Source: an uncultured Methanobacteriaceae archaeon (GTDB lineage: Archaea > Methanobacteriota > Methanobacteria > Methanobacteriales > Methanobacteriaceae). From it: 52,827 nt of DNA. The notes under the pieces are model-generated. The model had not been told where the DNA came from and ran no database searches. It saw nothing but the letters and a program-made list of their open reading frames with translations. A program made the position numbers and the translations under genes. Shown here one piece after another: positions 1 to 9,224 of the stretch (position 1 is its first letter; every line of letters begins with the position of its first letter). The stretch spans positions 1-52,827 of the forward strand of contig CAYUFT010000002.1 of assembly GCA_964444115.1 (NCBI GenBank), given 5' to 3'.

Positions 1-177
1 TTTTTCAGGTTTATACGACATATCATGTTAAAGTAAATAGAGATAAGTGAAAATTAGATTATTTTTTTAGTTTAAACTGTTTTAGATTAAACTAGCATAG
101 GAAAAATAGTCTAATTTAAGAATAAAAAATAAAAAAATAAAAAAAAGTCTAATTTAAAAATAAAAAATTATTATTTT

Positions 178-1776
178 TTAAGCAATATCCCGCCGCTGGA
201 AACCAAATATACCCATCAATATTAGCACTAGTGCCACCACCAAAACTATACCTAAAGGCCATCCTATAGTATCCCCTAACAATAAATTAGGTACCTGTGT
301 AAATGGAGAAATATTCAGTATCCACTGATTTATATCCAGGAAATCCGCCAGTAAATTTATTATCAATAATAATCCCAGTACTACCCAACTTAAAGAGGTT
401 AATCTAGGCAAAATACCAAATAATGCCATAGATATTCCCACCATCACCCAGATTGCGGGTAAATAAACTATGGCTGCGCTTAATAGTTGGGGTAGGTTCT
501 GGCCCATATTACCTGAAATTAATCCATAACTGATACTGTAACATGAAATAAATATGACCATAATTATAGCGGGGCCAATTAATGCCAAAGAAAGGTTAGT
601 TAAAGCCCATTTAGTTCTACTTACTGTATTTGTGAGAAGGAATTCTGAATATCTTTTTACTTCCTGAGAACGTAATTTCAATACCGATAAAATCCCATAA
701 ATGGCAAATATCTGACCAAATAATACCAGCATGAAATTTATATAAATATCCAATGGTTCTGTGCCCTTACCAATTTGGGAGATGATATTCAAAAACTGCG
801 GATTATCAATAAATATATTAGAAACGGTCTGGGCAGAGTATCCAATAAAAACTCCCATTAAAGCAAACCCTGCTATCCAAAATAGTAACATTCCCCTTTG
901 TAGTCTCCAGGCCAGTCCCAGGGTACTACCTAATGTAAATGATGCCCGATTAGGACCACTTCTTGGTGGTAAAATCCCTGCCCCTAAATCTCGCACTGAA
1001 GAGAGATAATAGGCTAAAGCAATTAATCCCATGGTCAAAACAGTGAATAATCCAAAAATCCACCATTCTTCACCAGCAAAAGCACGAATATTCTGCACCC
1101 ATCCCAGGGGTGAAAGCCAGAAAAACCAGTTAGTGCCTCCTTCATCCCACCCTATGATGCGTAATATGAAAAAAGCTATTAAAATGGCCACACTGAGGTA
1201 TCGTGCCTCACTTGAACTTTCGGTTAACTGTACCATTACTGCAGTAATGGCTGCAAAAAGGCACCCAAAAGCAACCATGGATAATGCCAGGGCCAGTGAA
1301 CCTTCCCAGGGAAGTCCCAGCCCCAGAAAAGATAGGAAAATTACTATCCCCAGGAGCATATTAGCACCGCAAATGGTAATTAAAGCTGAAGTTAGTGTCG
1401 CCTGCCGACCAACTACCGTGGAATTTAATAGCTCAAGACGCCCTTTTCTTTCCTCACTACGAGTATGTCGAATCATGAGAAAGATACTTACCAATGCTAC
1501 TAATATAGGGCCAAATACAGCACTACGCCAGGCCACCAGGCCACCAATTGAAGAGTTTTGAATAGGGCCTAAAGTTAGAACAATACCAGGATTACTAGAA
1601 ATCTGTAAAACCAGGGCTTCTCTTAGTGCAGCGTCCGCATAAAGATTAACAAAACTGGCAGCGATGCTGACAAATATTAAAATAAGGAATAAAAATAGAA
1701 CTGGTATGATTATGCGATCTCTGCGAAGAATTAGGCGGATTAAGGCCCGGGTACCAGAAAGATTTTCCATTTTCAT
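178..1776 (-). CDS. ABC-2-type exporter permease (multi-pass membrane protein)
   Basis: 532-aa ORF made almost entirely of hydrophobic helices in two bundles. Its start overlaps the stop of the upstream ABC ATPase gene by 4 nt (ATGA at 1773-1776), implying one operon. Confidence 0.7.
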   Translation of the reverse strand: MKMENLSGTRALIRLILRRDRIIIPVLFLFLILIFVSIAASFVNLYADAALREALVLQISSNPGIVLTLGPIQNSSIGGLVAWRSAVFGPILVALVSIFLMIRHTRSEERKGRLELLNSTVVGRQATLTSALITICGANMLLGIVIFLSFLGLGLPWEGSLALALSMVAFGCLFAAITAVMVQLTESSSEARYLSVAILIAFFILRIIGWDEGGTNWFFWLSPLGWVQNIRAFAGEEWWIFGLFTVLTMGLIALAYYLSSVRDLGAGILPPRSGPNRASFTLGSTLGLAWRLQRGMLLFWIAGFALMGVFIGYSAQTVSNIFIDNPQFLNIISQIGKGTEPLDIYINFMLVLFGQIFAIYGILSVLKLRSQEVKRYSEFLLTNTVSRTKWALTNLSLALIGPAIIMVIFISCYSISYGLISGNMGQNLPQLLSAAIVYLPAIWVMVGISMALFGILPRLTSLSWVVLGLLLIINLLADFLDINQWILNISPFTQVPNLLLGDTIGWPLGIVLVVALVLILMGIFGFQRRDIA

Positions 1777-2690
1777 TTAAATTCACTCCACGGCCGCATA
1801 TCTGGGGTGTATTCATCACCATAATAACGCATGAAGAGATCTTCAAGTGTAGGGGGAGTACTTAGGAGAGACTTTACACCGAATTGGACTAAATAGTTCA
1901 GCACCGAATCAATTTTTTCTGCATCCACACTGAACTGAGCATGATTTTCTTTTAAAGAAAGGTTGTAGACACCTTCCTGATTTTCTAGGCCGGTAATGGG
2001 TTTATATGATTCTATGGTGATAGATGTACGGGTGAGGTGTCTTAATTCTTCAAATGTGCCGGTTTCAATAATTTGCCCCTCCCTAATAATACTAACCCGG
2101 TCACAAAGTGCTTCTACCTCTGAGAGTATATGGCTAGAGAGTAAAACTGTTTTACCCTCTTTTTTTAGTTCATTAATACACCCTCGAAAGACTACTTCCA
2201 TTAGTGGATCCAGGCCTATGGTTGGTTCATCAAGAATATATAGTTCTACATCAGAGACTAATGCAGATATAAGGGCTACTTTTTGCTTGTTACCTGTTGA
2301 ATAAGTACCACATTTCTTGGTTGGATCTAATTTAAACATTTTTATGAGTTTTTCCCGGCGTTCTTCACTAAACCCTCCCCGGAGTCTTCCTAAAAAATCA
2401 ATGACCTCCCCACCGGTTAGGTTGGGCCATAGATTCACTTCACCAGGAACATAAGCCAAACGTGAATGGAGTTTTACTGCATCTTTCCAGGGATCAAGCC
2501 CCATAATAGAGACCTTTCCACTGTTTTTTTGCAGCATACCCATTAAAATACGTAAAGTGGTTGATTTACCTGCACCATTAGGGCCAATAAAACCAAAAAT
2601 TTCACCTTGCTCTACTTTGAAATCTAGACTATTTAACGCCCTGAATTTTCCATAATTTTTGGTCAAATTATTTATTTCAATAACCGACAT
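1773..2690 (-). CDS. ABC transporter ATP-binding protein
   Basis: Walker A GPNGAGKST, signature-like YSTGNKQKV, Walker B LYILDEPTIGLD, H-loop LLSSHIL. Confidence 0.92.
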   Translation of the reverse strand: MSVIEINNLTKNYGKFRALNSLDFKVEQGEIFGFIGPNGAGKSTTLRILMGMLQKNSGKVSIMGLDPWKDAVKLHSRLAYVPGEVNLWPNLTGGEVIDFLGRLRGGFSEERREKLIKMFKLDPTKKCGTYSTGNKQKVALISALVSDVELYILDEPTIGLDPLMEVVFRGCINELKKEGKTVLLSSHILSEVEALCDRVSIIREGQIIETGTFEELRHLTRTSITIESYKPITGLENQEGVYNLSLKENHAQFSVDAEKIDSVLNYLVQFGVKSLLSTPPTLEDLFMRYYGDEYTPDMRPWSEFK

Positions 2691-2775
2691 GTACTCACAT
2701 CTCCCGCATTATTTAATCATCATATTCCCTGAATTGAGGTAATAGCCATAGATTATAGAATAATTATAAATTGAT

Positions 2776-4803
2776 TTAAAAGTCTTTATACCTATCAAAG
2801 GTCCTTATTTTGGATCCATAATGTATTAAACCATAAAGTATCTTTATATCTGATATTATCCATTCCAGGTATTTGAATGCTACCATATACTCCTCGTTAG
2901 TGATATCTTTTTTCATATTTTCAATCATGTTAGTTGCATAATTAAAGTCGATTTCTGGGGGTACTTTCGATGTTAGTTTTATTGATTCTTCCAGAGTACC
3001 TAGTAAGTCAGCCAGATATTTTATGGCTAATTGGAAGTCTTCATCAGTTATTTTAATGTTTTTAGTTTGTAAGGTGAGTGCAGTGAAATCACCAGATAAT
3101 TTGTCAACTGAATTAAGAATATCTTGATAAAATAACACATCATCATCTATATCGTCATAGGAGTCTTTTAATTTTTGAATACCAGCCTTAAGATTGTTAT
3201 GGGTTCTGGCTATTTCACGAACAGCGATTAATATTTCTGGATTATTGATATCCATAGGTGGTGATGATTTGAGCACATAATCTCTGGTTGAGTTTAATCT
3301 ATCTGCCAAAAGTTGAGGTAGATTCACCTTTAAACGGGTTGGTAAAACTACATAACTCACAACAAAAGCTATTGTTGATCCAATTAAAACATCTAACACC
3401 CTTAATCCACCCATAATCATTATTTTATCCATAGGTAGAATGAAAATAATAAGCATGGTGGCAGCTACTGCCATGTGTAAATAGCTTATATTGTAATATA
3501 ACACTATAAAAGCCATCATAATCAAAATCATTACTGTAATCATCACTGGCCAGCCAATAAATATGAAAAAGTTAGCTATGATTAAGGCCAGCACCACCCC
3601 GATTATTGTGGCTATCACTCTCTTAATCATCCTTTCTTTGGTGCTTATTAGGTCTGGTTTTAATACCACGAAAATGGATAGTGCTATCCAGTGGATGTTG
3701 TGAGATTGGGTTATTAAATATAATACAAAAGCGATACCAACAGCCAGTGAAAACCGGATCCCGTGCCTAATATACATATTATTTATATTTAAGTTGGCTT
3801 TGATATTCTCCCAAGCCGATAAGTCCGATGAAAAATTATTGGGAGGGAGAGGTATAACCAGGTTACCCATTAAAACATCCTGGGCTTTTAGAAATATGTT
3901 TAGATAGCCTTTCGCTAGTTTTTCAGCATTAAAAAATTCAGGATCAGTACCTGGAAAATCATTTATCAGCTTGAATTTTGCCTCAAGCTTCTCAAGGCCA
4001 ATTATATGGTTTTTATCATTTTTTATAACACTCTCTGCTATATCTCGGCTTAAATAATCTACTTCAGCCAGGTAATCTTGAAAATATTCTTTGATTTTTC
4101 CACTTAATTCTGATTCTATGCTATTTGCTTGGAATCGGGCCGCCACCAATAGCCCTCCCACCGCCACCAGGCTGGTGTTTTTCTGGTTTGAAATAGTATC
4201 AGAGACGAGTTTCTGAGCCATCATAATAGTATTTAGATTCGCGTCGGGAAGAAGACATGAGGCCACAATTTCACGTTTTGAGCGGTCTTTTTGTAAAAAT
4301 TTAGGGATAAGAATAACTAATGAGCTTATAAATGCTCCAAAAGATGCGTAAAGACCCCACTGTAAGGGAGTAGCCTGGTAGTTTACTATGGCAATAGAAC
4401 CATAGAAAAACAAAAATACCCCCATAAAACCTAGAGTTCCCGGGGCCTTTCCAAGTATATTTAAAATTGATAAGAGAAAAATCCATGCAAGCAATAATAA
4501 AAGGGCTACCCATGGACTCATCAATCCAATACCTGCGGTTATAAATGATATGCCAATTATTATAATGCTCAGAATATTTAAACGCAACAATAAATTTAAG
4601 GGGAGTTTTAAACTCAAAATCTGGCTTATAATAGCACCAGTCAATACAAAGGTAATGGCATAGCTATCCAGACCCAATAAATAAACTAATGGTAAAACAA
4701 CTGCCAAGGCAGCGAACATGTTTAAAAGGCCCTTCCAGTTTGGTTGAGCATTATTAGGAAATATAAAGGTATGTATCTTTTTTTTAAAATTTTTCAAAGA
4801 CAT
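2776..4803 (-). CDS. FUSC/YccS-like integral membrane protein
   Basis: 675-aa ORF with two clusters of TM helices, each followed by a long soluble helical region. This architecture is typical of the fusaric-acid-resistance/YccS family. The family assignment rests on architecture only. Confidence 0.45.
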   Translation of the reverse strand: MSLKNFKKKIHTFIFPNNAQPNWKGLLNMFAALAVVLPLVYLLGLDSYAITFVLTGAIISQILSLKLPLNLLLRLNILSIIIIGISFITAGIGLMSPWVALLLLLAWIFLLSILNILGKAPGTLGFMGVFLFFYGSIAIVNYQATPLQWGLYASFGAFISSLVILIPKFLQKDRSKREIVASCLLPDANLNTIMMAQKLVSDTISNQKNTSLVAVGGLLVAARFQANSIESELSGKIKEYFQDYLAEVDYLSRDIAESVIKNDKNHIIGLEKLEAKFKLINDFPGTDPEFFNAEKLAKGYLNIFLKAQDVLMGNLVIPLPPNNFSSDLSAWENIKANLNINNMYIRHGIRFSLAVGIAFVLYLITQSHNIHWIALSIFVVLKPDLISTKERMIKRVIATIIGVVLALIIANFFIFIGWPVMITVMILIMMAFIVLYYNISYLHMAVAATMLIIFILPMDKIMIMGGLRVLDVLIGSTIAFVVSYVVLPTRLKVNLPQLLADRLNSTRDYVLKSSPPMDINNPEILIAVREIARTHNNLKAGIQKLKDSYDDIDDDVLFYQDILNSVDKLSGDFTALTLQTKNIKITDEDFQLAIKYLADLLGTLEESIKLTSKVPPEIDFNYATNMIENMKKDITNEEYMVAFKYLEWIISDIKILYGLIHYGSKIRTFDRYKDF

Positions 4804-5038
4804 ATGAACATCCTATAACTGCATGTATTTTTTGTTAATATGAGTTCCAGGTTCTTAAACCCTTTAAGGTATAGTATAATAAGTTTTATGACTCTAAACG
4901 TATTTATGTTTTTTATTCAATTGATAGTTGTTGTGTAAACAAATTTTTTATATTTCATCATAATATTAAACTCCTTTTTATTATAAAATTAATTAAGTAA
5001 AACATAAAAATAAAGTTTGTAAAAATGGGAAAATATAC

Positions 5039-5280
5039 TAGTACTGGTAGAGTAATTGGTTTAGGCCATGTTTGCAGCCATAGGATTCTCCAGCATACTA
5101 ACGGCCGCCGCCATACTGGAAAAATTTAGAAGAGAAAAGGGAATCTGTAAAAGAAGAAAATCAAGAAACAATGGGCCATTTAATTAAAATAGTGGCCCTT
5201 TACAAATTTTCACAGGAAATAAATAAAGAAATCCTGGAATTCGCTGATAAAACCAAATTAATTTAGGGCATAACCATATA
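5039..5280 (+). pseudogene. Scrambled relic of the downstream K+ channel gene (3' part fused to a mid-gene part)
   Basis: 5039-5189 matches about 6330-6491 and 5180-5280 matches about 6086-6190 of the intact gene. It has indels and a TAT->TAG stop, and the junction lies in the shared decamer TTAATTAAAA. Confidence 0.8.
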
Positions 5281-5341
5281 AAAATAATGGAAAATATAAT
5301 ATGAATATTAATTATATTAAGTAAAATAACAGGTGATATTT

Positions 5342-5521
5342 ATGAATAATACTGAAAAAGTAATTAAAGCATTTAAAGAAGCAGAAGAGCCATTAAACGC
5401 CACTAAAGTCAGTGCCCTCTCTGGTGTAGAGAAAAAAGAAGTGGATAAAATAATGAAAGAACTCAAGAAAGACGAGACCATTATCTCCCCTAAAAGGTGC
5501 TACTGGGCCTTAAAAGAGTAA
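5342..5521 (+). CDS. Small winged-helix DNA-binding protein (about 59 aa)
   Basis: ORF-track frame 5333..5521. ATG at 5342 is preceded by AGGTGA (5331-5336). The sequence ...LNATKVSALSGVEKKEVDKIMKELKKDETIISPKR... has a helix-turn-helix plus wing pattern. Confidence 0.5.
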   Translation: MNNTEKVIKAFKEAEEPLNATKVSALSGVEKKEVDKIMKELKKDETIISPKRCYWALKE

Positions 5522-5610
5522 TTTTAGTTTATTATTCTTATTTTTATATTTATATTAATTCACTTGAGTTTATTTTTACAAGTTTTGATTAAGAATTTAA
5601 ACCAAATCCG

Positions 5611-5630
5611 GTTCAATTTAGAAATTGAAC
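5611..5630. promoter_or_regulatory. Inverted repeat GTTCAATT-taga-AATTGAAC upstream of the K+ channel gene
   Basis: Perfect 8-bp arms. It shares the string AATTGAACTAA with the operator-like region at 14679-14689. Confidence 0.3.
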
Positions 5631-5764
5631 TAATAATATAGTTCTAATTTTTAAAATTAAATTATTAAATAGTTCATTTTAAAATTTTAACCAATTATTT
5701 TTAACAGCAATAGAATTTCTTTTTAAAAACAAAAGAATATATCTAAAAAATATTAATAATAATT

Positions 5765-6568
5765 ATGAAAGAAGAAAGAAGAATCAGACGCATTTACGAA
5801 TTACTATGTTTTGTCCTGGTTATTTTTTATGCTTTCACGCTCTTAATGATTGTTGTTTTTGAATTTGAACCTGATAATTTAATATTATTGATTTATGCGG
5901 ATTTATTAGTCTCATTACTGCTTTTTGTAGAATTTTACCTGAGAATAAAAGATTTAGATGATAAATGGAGTTATATTAAGCGAAACTGGACCGATATTCT
6001 GGTCATTACCCCTTTAAATTTTATTATATTCCTATTTGCCGGCGGAATAACACCCCTGGTCTTCATATCCATCAAAGTGGTCGCTTTAATTAAAATAGTG
6101 GCCCTTTACAAGTTTTCACGGGAAATAAATGAAGAAGTCCTGGATTTTGCTGATAAAACTAAATTAATTTATGGCATAACCATATATCTGGCCATAATCT
6201 TATTTGGATCCCTGGCCGTTTTCCACATAGAAAGGGGCCTGAACCCAGGTATTCATAACCTGGGAGATGGTTTCTGGTTTATAATGCAGACCATTACTAC
6301 CGCCGGCTATGGAGATGTAGTCCCCCATACCAGTACGGGTAGAGTAATTGGTTTAATGGCCATGTTTGCGGCCATAGGATTCTCCAGCATACTAACAGCC
6401 ACGGCCACCACAGCTATACTGGAAAAATTTAGAAGAGAAAGGGAATCTGTAAAGGAAGAAAATCAGGAAACTATGGGCCATTTAATTAAAAAATTAGATG
6501 ATATGGACCATCAGATGCGAGAAATAAAATCAGAAATAGATGATTTAAAGGAAATTCTTAAGAAGTAG
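5765..6568 (+). CDS. Potassium channel, 6-TM-like with a degenerate S4 and a C-terminal coiled coil
   Basis: Selectivity filter TITTAGYGDV. The preceding helices include a K/R-spaced segment, ISIKVVALIKIVALYKFSR. There is no RCK domain. Confidence 0.85.
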   Translation: MKEERRIRRIYELLCFVLVIFYAFTLLMIVVFEFEPDNLILLIYADLLVSLLLFVEFYLRIKDLDDKWSYIKRNWTDILVITPLNFIIFLFAGGITPLVFISIKVVALIKIVALYKFSREINEEVLDFADKTKLIYGITIYLAIILFGSLAVFHIERGLNPGIHNLGDGFWFIMQTITTAGYGDVVPHTSTGRVIGLMAMFAAIGFSSILTATATTAILEKFRRERESVKEENQETMGHLIKKLDDMDHQMREIKSEIDDLKEILKK

Positions 6569-6637
6569 GGTTTGGAATAAGAAATAATATATTACAACAT
6601 CAAGAATATTAATTATAAAAAATTAAATTTAAAAGAT

Positions 6638-7309
6638 TCAAACATCCTTAATTGTTTTCAATTCTTTTAATGCAGATTGATAGGCCGATTCAGTTATGTT
6701 TTTATCATCAAATAATGTTTTTAGTTCAAATCGAATGTTTTTCACGGTGATACGGTCTCCTTTATTGCGAAGATGAGCATAGGCCGTGAGAATGATAGGA
6801 TCTTCATCTGCTAAGTCATAGATGGATACTGAATCTGGGGTTTTCGATTTTTTACTAATGGTGGCATCTATAACTTCCAGGTTAAGAGTTTTAGCATCTT
6901 CATTAGGTGATTGAACTGTTTTTACTGTTATCAGAGACACATTATCATTTACTGTTTTTCGGAATTTGTGGAAATTCACAGAATAGTTTTCCTGCCAATT
7001 TTTAGGAGTATTATTCACCACCTGATTTAAAGAGTCGAGAAAATTGTAAAATAGACCCCCATGTTCTCCATAAATATTATCTGTTTCAGGATAATAGGGG
7101 GTTGTAAATTCACAAACCCATTTTTTACGATTTCCATGATCAGTTATTATGACATAAAATTCAGCTACTTCCCTTTTTCCCATGGGTAAGGCTTTAAATT
7201 CTCCAATGACAATTTCACCAGAAATTTGCTCACCCAGAACTAATTCATTCAAAAATTTAGTTTCATAATCTTCCATTTTTTCCTGGACAGTGATACCAAA
7301 ATCTAACAT
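6638..7309 (-). CDS. Hypothetical protein
   Basis: 223-aa ORF with ordinary soluble-protein composition. No motif recognised. Confidence 0.5.
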   Translation of the reverse strand: MLDFGITVQEKMEDYETKFLNELVLGEQISGEIVIGEFKALPMGKREVAEFYVIITDHGNRKKWVCEFTTPYYPETDNIYGEHGGLFYNFLDSLNQVVNNTPKNWQENYSVNFHKFRKTVNDNVSLITVKTVQSPNEDAKTLNLEVIDATISKKSKTPDSVSIYDLADEDPIILTAYAHLRNKGDRITVKNIRFELKTLFDDKNITESAYQSALKELKTIKDV

Positions 7310-7699
7310 TTTAAAAAACCTCCCCTGTTTAGTATATTGCTTTTTAATAGGATATAATTTCTATTCAAAAAGATAGTTCCTTAGCAAAAAAATTAACCGG
7401 GCAAGATGATGTTTTTATTTCAGTTTCATTGTAAAGGGAGACCTATAATCTAATCGAAGGTTCATATTTTGAGTTGATTGATGATAGTGGACATATGTCA
7501 TTATTCCAGATAATGTGGATTATTTAGAGGTGTTGATTTTGAGATTTTTAGAAAAAATGATAAATAATGGATATTTTGATTAAGTCTTGAAAAAGTCTTA
7601 TTTAGAGAATATAATAAATGAATATTAGCATTTAACTCTTTTGATTATCCATAATAATAAATATTAATAATATTGAAACTAAATTCAAATTGTATAATT

Positions 7700-8071
7700 A
7701 TGAATGAAAAAAACCAGCACTCCCTAAAAAAAATATTATCCATGATTTCTTTTTGCCACCGGCTGCCAGAGAGAACATTTAAGATTAGGGAGCATTATTT
7801 CCCTGTTTGTTCCAGGTGTACCGGTATCTATTTAGGAGGTTTCTCATATTTTATATATGTGTACTTTTACTATGTAGATTACAGTTATCTATTGTTGTTA
7901 TTGGCCTTTTTAATGACACTACCCACTTTTTTAGATGGTTCAACTCAATTATTTGGGTTCAGAAAAAGTAATAATGTTTTAAGATTTTTTTCCGGTGTGA
8001 TGGCTGGAGTGGGGCTGGCTATTTTAATTAAGGCCATTAAATGGGCTATAATTGGTGGGAGCATTAGTTAG
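7700..8071 (+). CDS. DUF2085-like small membrane protein
   Basis: CHRLPERTF...FPVCSRCTGIYLG motif followed by TM helices. The ORF-track frame opens at 7673, and the ATG at 7700 is the more likely start. Confidence 0.6.
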   Translation: MNEKNQHSLKKILSMISFCHRLPERTFKIREHYFPVCSRCTGIYLGGFSYFIYVYFYYVDYSYLLLLLAFLMTLPTFLDGSTQLFGFRKSNNVLRFFSGVMAGVGLAILIKAIKWAIIGGSIS

Positions 8072-8103
8072 ATAAATTTCTTAAATTCTGATATTAAATA
8101 ATT

Positions 8104-8256
8104 ACAATCCTACTAATCAGGATAAAAGAAAAAAACTAAATTCATAAATTAGATATTTAAACACAATCCTACTAATCAGGATAAAAGAAAAAAACTAAAT
8201 TCATAAATTAGATATTTAAACACAATCCTACTAATCAGGATAAAAGAAAAACTAAG
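8104..8256 (+). repeat. 59-bp tandem direct repeat, about 2.6 copies, directly upstream of the 8267 gene
   Basis: ACAATCCTACTAATCAGGATAAAAGAAAAAAACTAAATTCATAAATTAGATATTTAAAC begins at 8104, 8163 and 8222. The third copy runs into the AAGGAGG RBS. Confidence 0.9.
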
Positions 8257-8266
8257 GAGGGTAAAA

Positions 8267-8941
8267 ATGGGTAAAATATGTTCCAAATGTGGAAAAGAAA
8301 ATAAGGAAGACGCCAAGTTCTGTGAAAATTGCGGCACCACTATGCCAGATTTCGGTTCTATTAAAGAACCATTAAATGAACCAATGCCTAAACCAAAAGG
8401 TAAACCCATTGGAAAACCATTAAATGAAAGAGCACAAAAATCAAGTAGACCTGAAAAATCTGAGGGATTTTTAAATAAACATGGATTAAAACTTCTAATC
8501 GGTGTGGGTGTTTGTTGTGTGGGAATTATATTGATTTTAGGAATATTTGGTTTATTATCCATGGATCAGAATAATGTAGATGTGAATGATAATTATTCCA
8601 GTACATCCACTGATAGTGTTAGTGTTAGTGGTACCTGGCACAGTGTGGCTAATTTTACTGGTGCTGACTATGACAATACCAGCTCATTTAATATAAAGGG
8701 AAGCAAATTTAAACTTAAAGTTAGTGCAACCGCAGAAACTCCAAAATATGCTTTATTCTCAGTATATGCTTATCCAGTAGGTGAGACAGGAATATATGCT
8801 GGCAAAGGCAGCATTGATTCTTTTAATAAAACAACTGAAAAAAAGGAATTTATTATAAATGAAGGTTCAGGGGATTATTATCTCCGTATAATAGCTGCCA
8901 ATTTAGGAAAATGGAAGATAGAGGTTTTTGATTATTATTAA
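8267..8941 (+). CDS. Zinc-ribbon / single-TM / extracellular beta-rich domain protein
   Basis: N-terminal CSKCGKENKEDAKFCENCG, a TM helix LLIGVGVCCVGIILILGIFGLL, and a C-terminus ...WKIEVFDYY paralogous to the 21690 gene (...WNIKVYDYY). RBS AAGGAGG. Confidence 0.75.
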   Translation: MGKICSKCGKENKEDAKFCENCGTTMPDFGSIKEPLNEPMPKPKGKPIGKPLNERAQKSSRPEKSEGFLNKHGLKLLIGVGVCCVGIILILGIFGLLSMDQNNVDVNDNYSSTSTDSVSVSGTWHSVANFTGADYDNTSSFNIKGSKFKLKVSATAETPKYALFSVYAYPVGETGIYAGKGSIDSFNKTTEKKEFIINEGSGDYYLRIIAANLGKWKIEVFDYY

Positions 8942-9037
8942 ACCTCATTTTTTTATTTTTAAGGACATATTAAATTTTGATTTTTAATCATAGTTTCTGA
9001 AACCTATCAATGAACGATATGGTGTTTTTATATTACT

Positions 9038-9127
9038 ATGTCGGAATTTATGAATATTTCTCCTGATGTTAAAAAAAGAATATTAAGGCGTTATTTATCA
9101 GATAAACATATTATAAATGCTTTTTGA
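9038..9127 (+). pseudogene. Short relic of the C-terminal wHTH module of an AlbA_2-type gene
   Basis: Encodes MSEFMNISPDVKKRILRRYLSDKHIINAF. Compare ...TMSEFKRVSPNVHERTLRRYLSDLVDKD at the end of the 14828..16165 gene. The DNA string GGCGTTATTTATCAGAT is shared. Confidence 0.5.
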
Positions 9128-9224
9128 TATAAAAAATGGATGAAGTATATTCTTTTTAATGATTAAAATATAGGACACTTATATGACAAATAAAAAAATT
9201 AATATTACTTTTTATCATAATAAT

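Noticed and set aside
761-2304. Plus-strand ORFs 761..1009, 1031..1561 and 1996..2304, and the minus-strand out-of-frame ORF 1646..1846, all overlapping the ABC permease and ATPase genes
   Set aside because: They lie antisense or out of frame within two genes that have strong motif support. Their translations are Pro/Ser/Arg-rich mirror products with no motifs.
4301-4513. 70-aa same-strand, out-of-frame ORF inside the FUSC-like gene
   Set aside because: It is fully embedded in a longer membrane-protein ORF, with no RBS and no motif.
8104-8256. Considered whether the 59-bp repeats are a mini-CRISPR array
   Set aside because: The copies are contiguous with no spacers, there are only about 2.6 units, the repeat has no palindromic core, and no cas genes are nearby. 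It is a tandem duplication of a promoter region.
8176-8562. 128-aa minus-strand ORF overlapping the repeat and the start of the zinc-ribbon gene
   Set aside because: It is antisense to a gene with a clear RBS and zinc-ribbon motif. Part of it is translated from the tandem repeat and is low-complexity.
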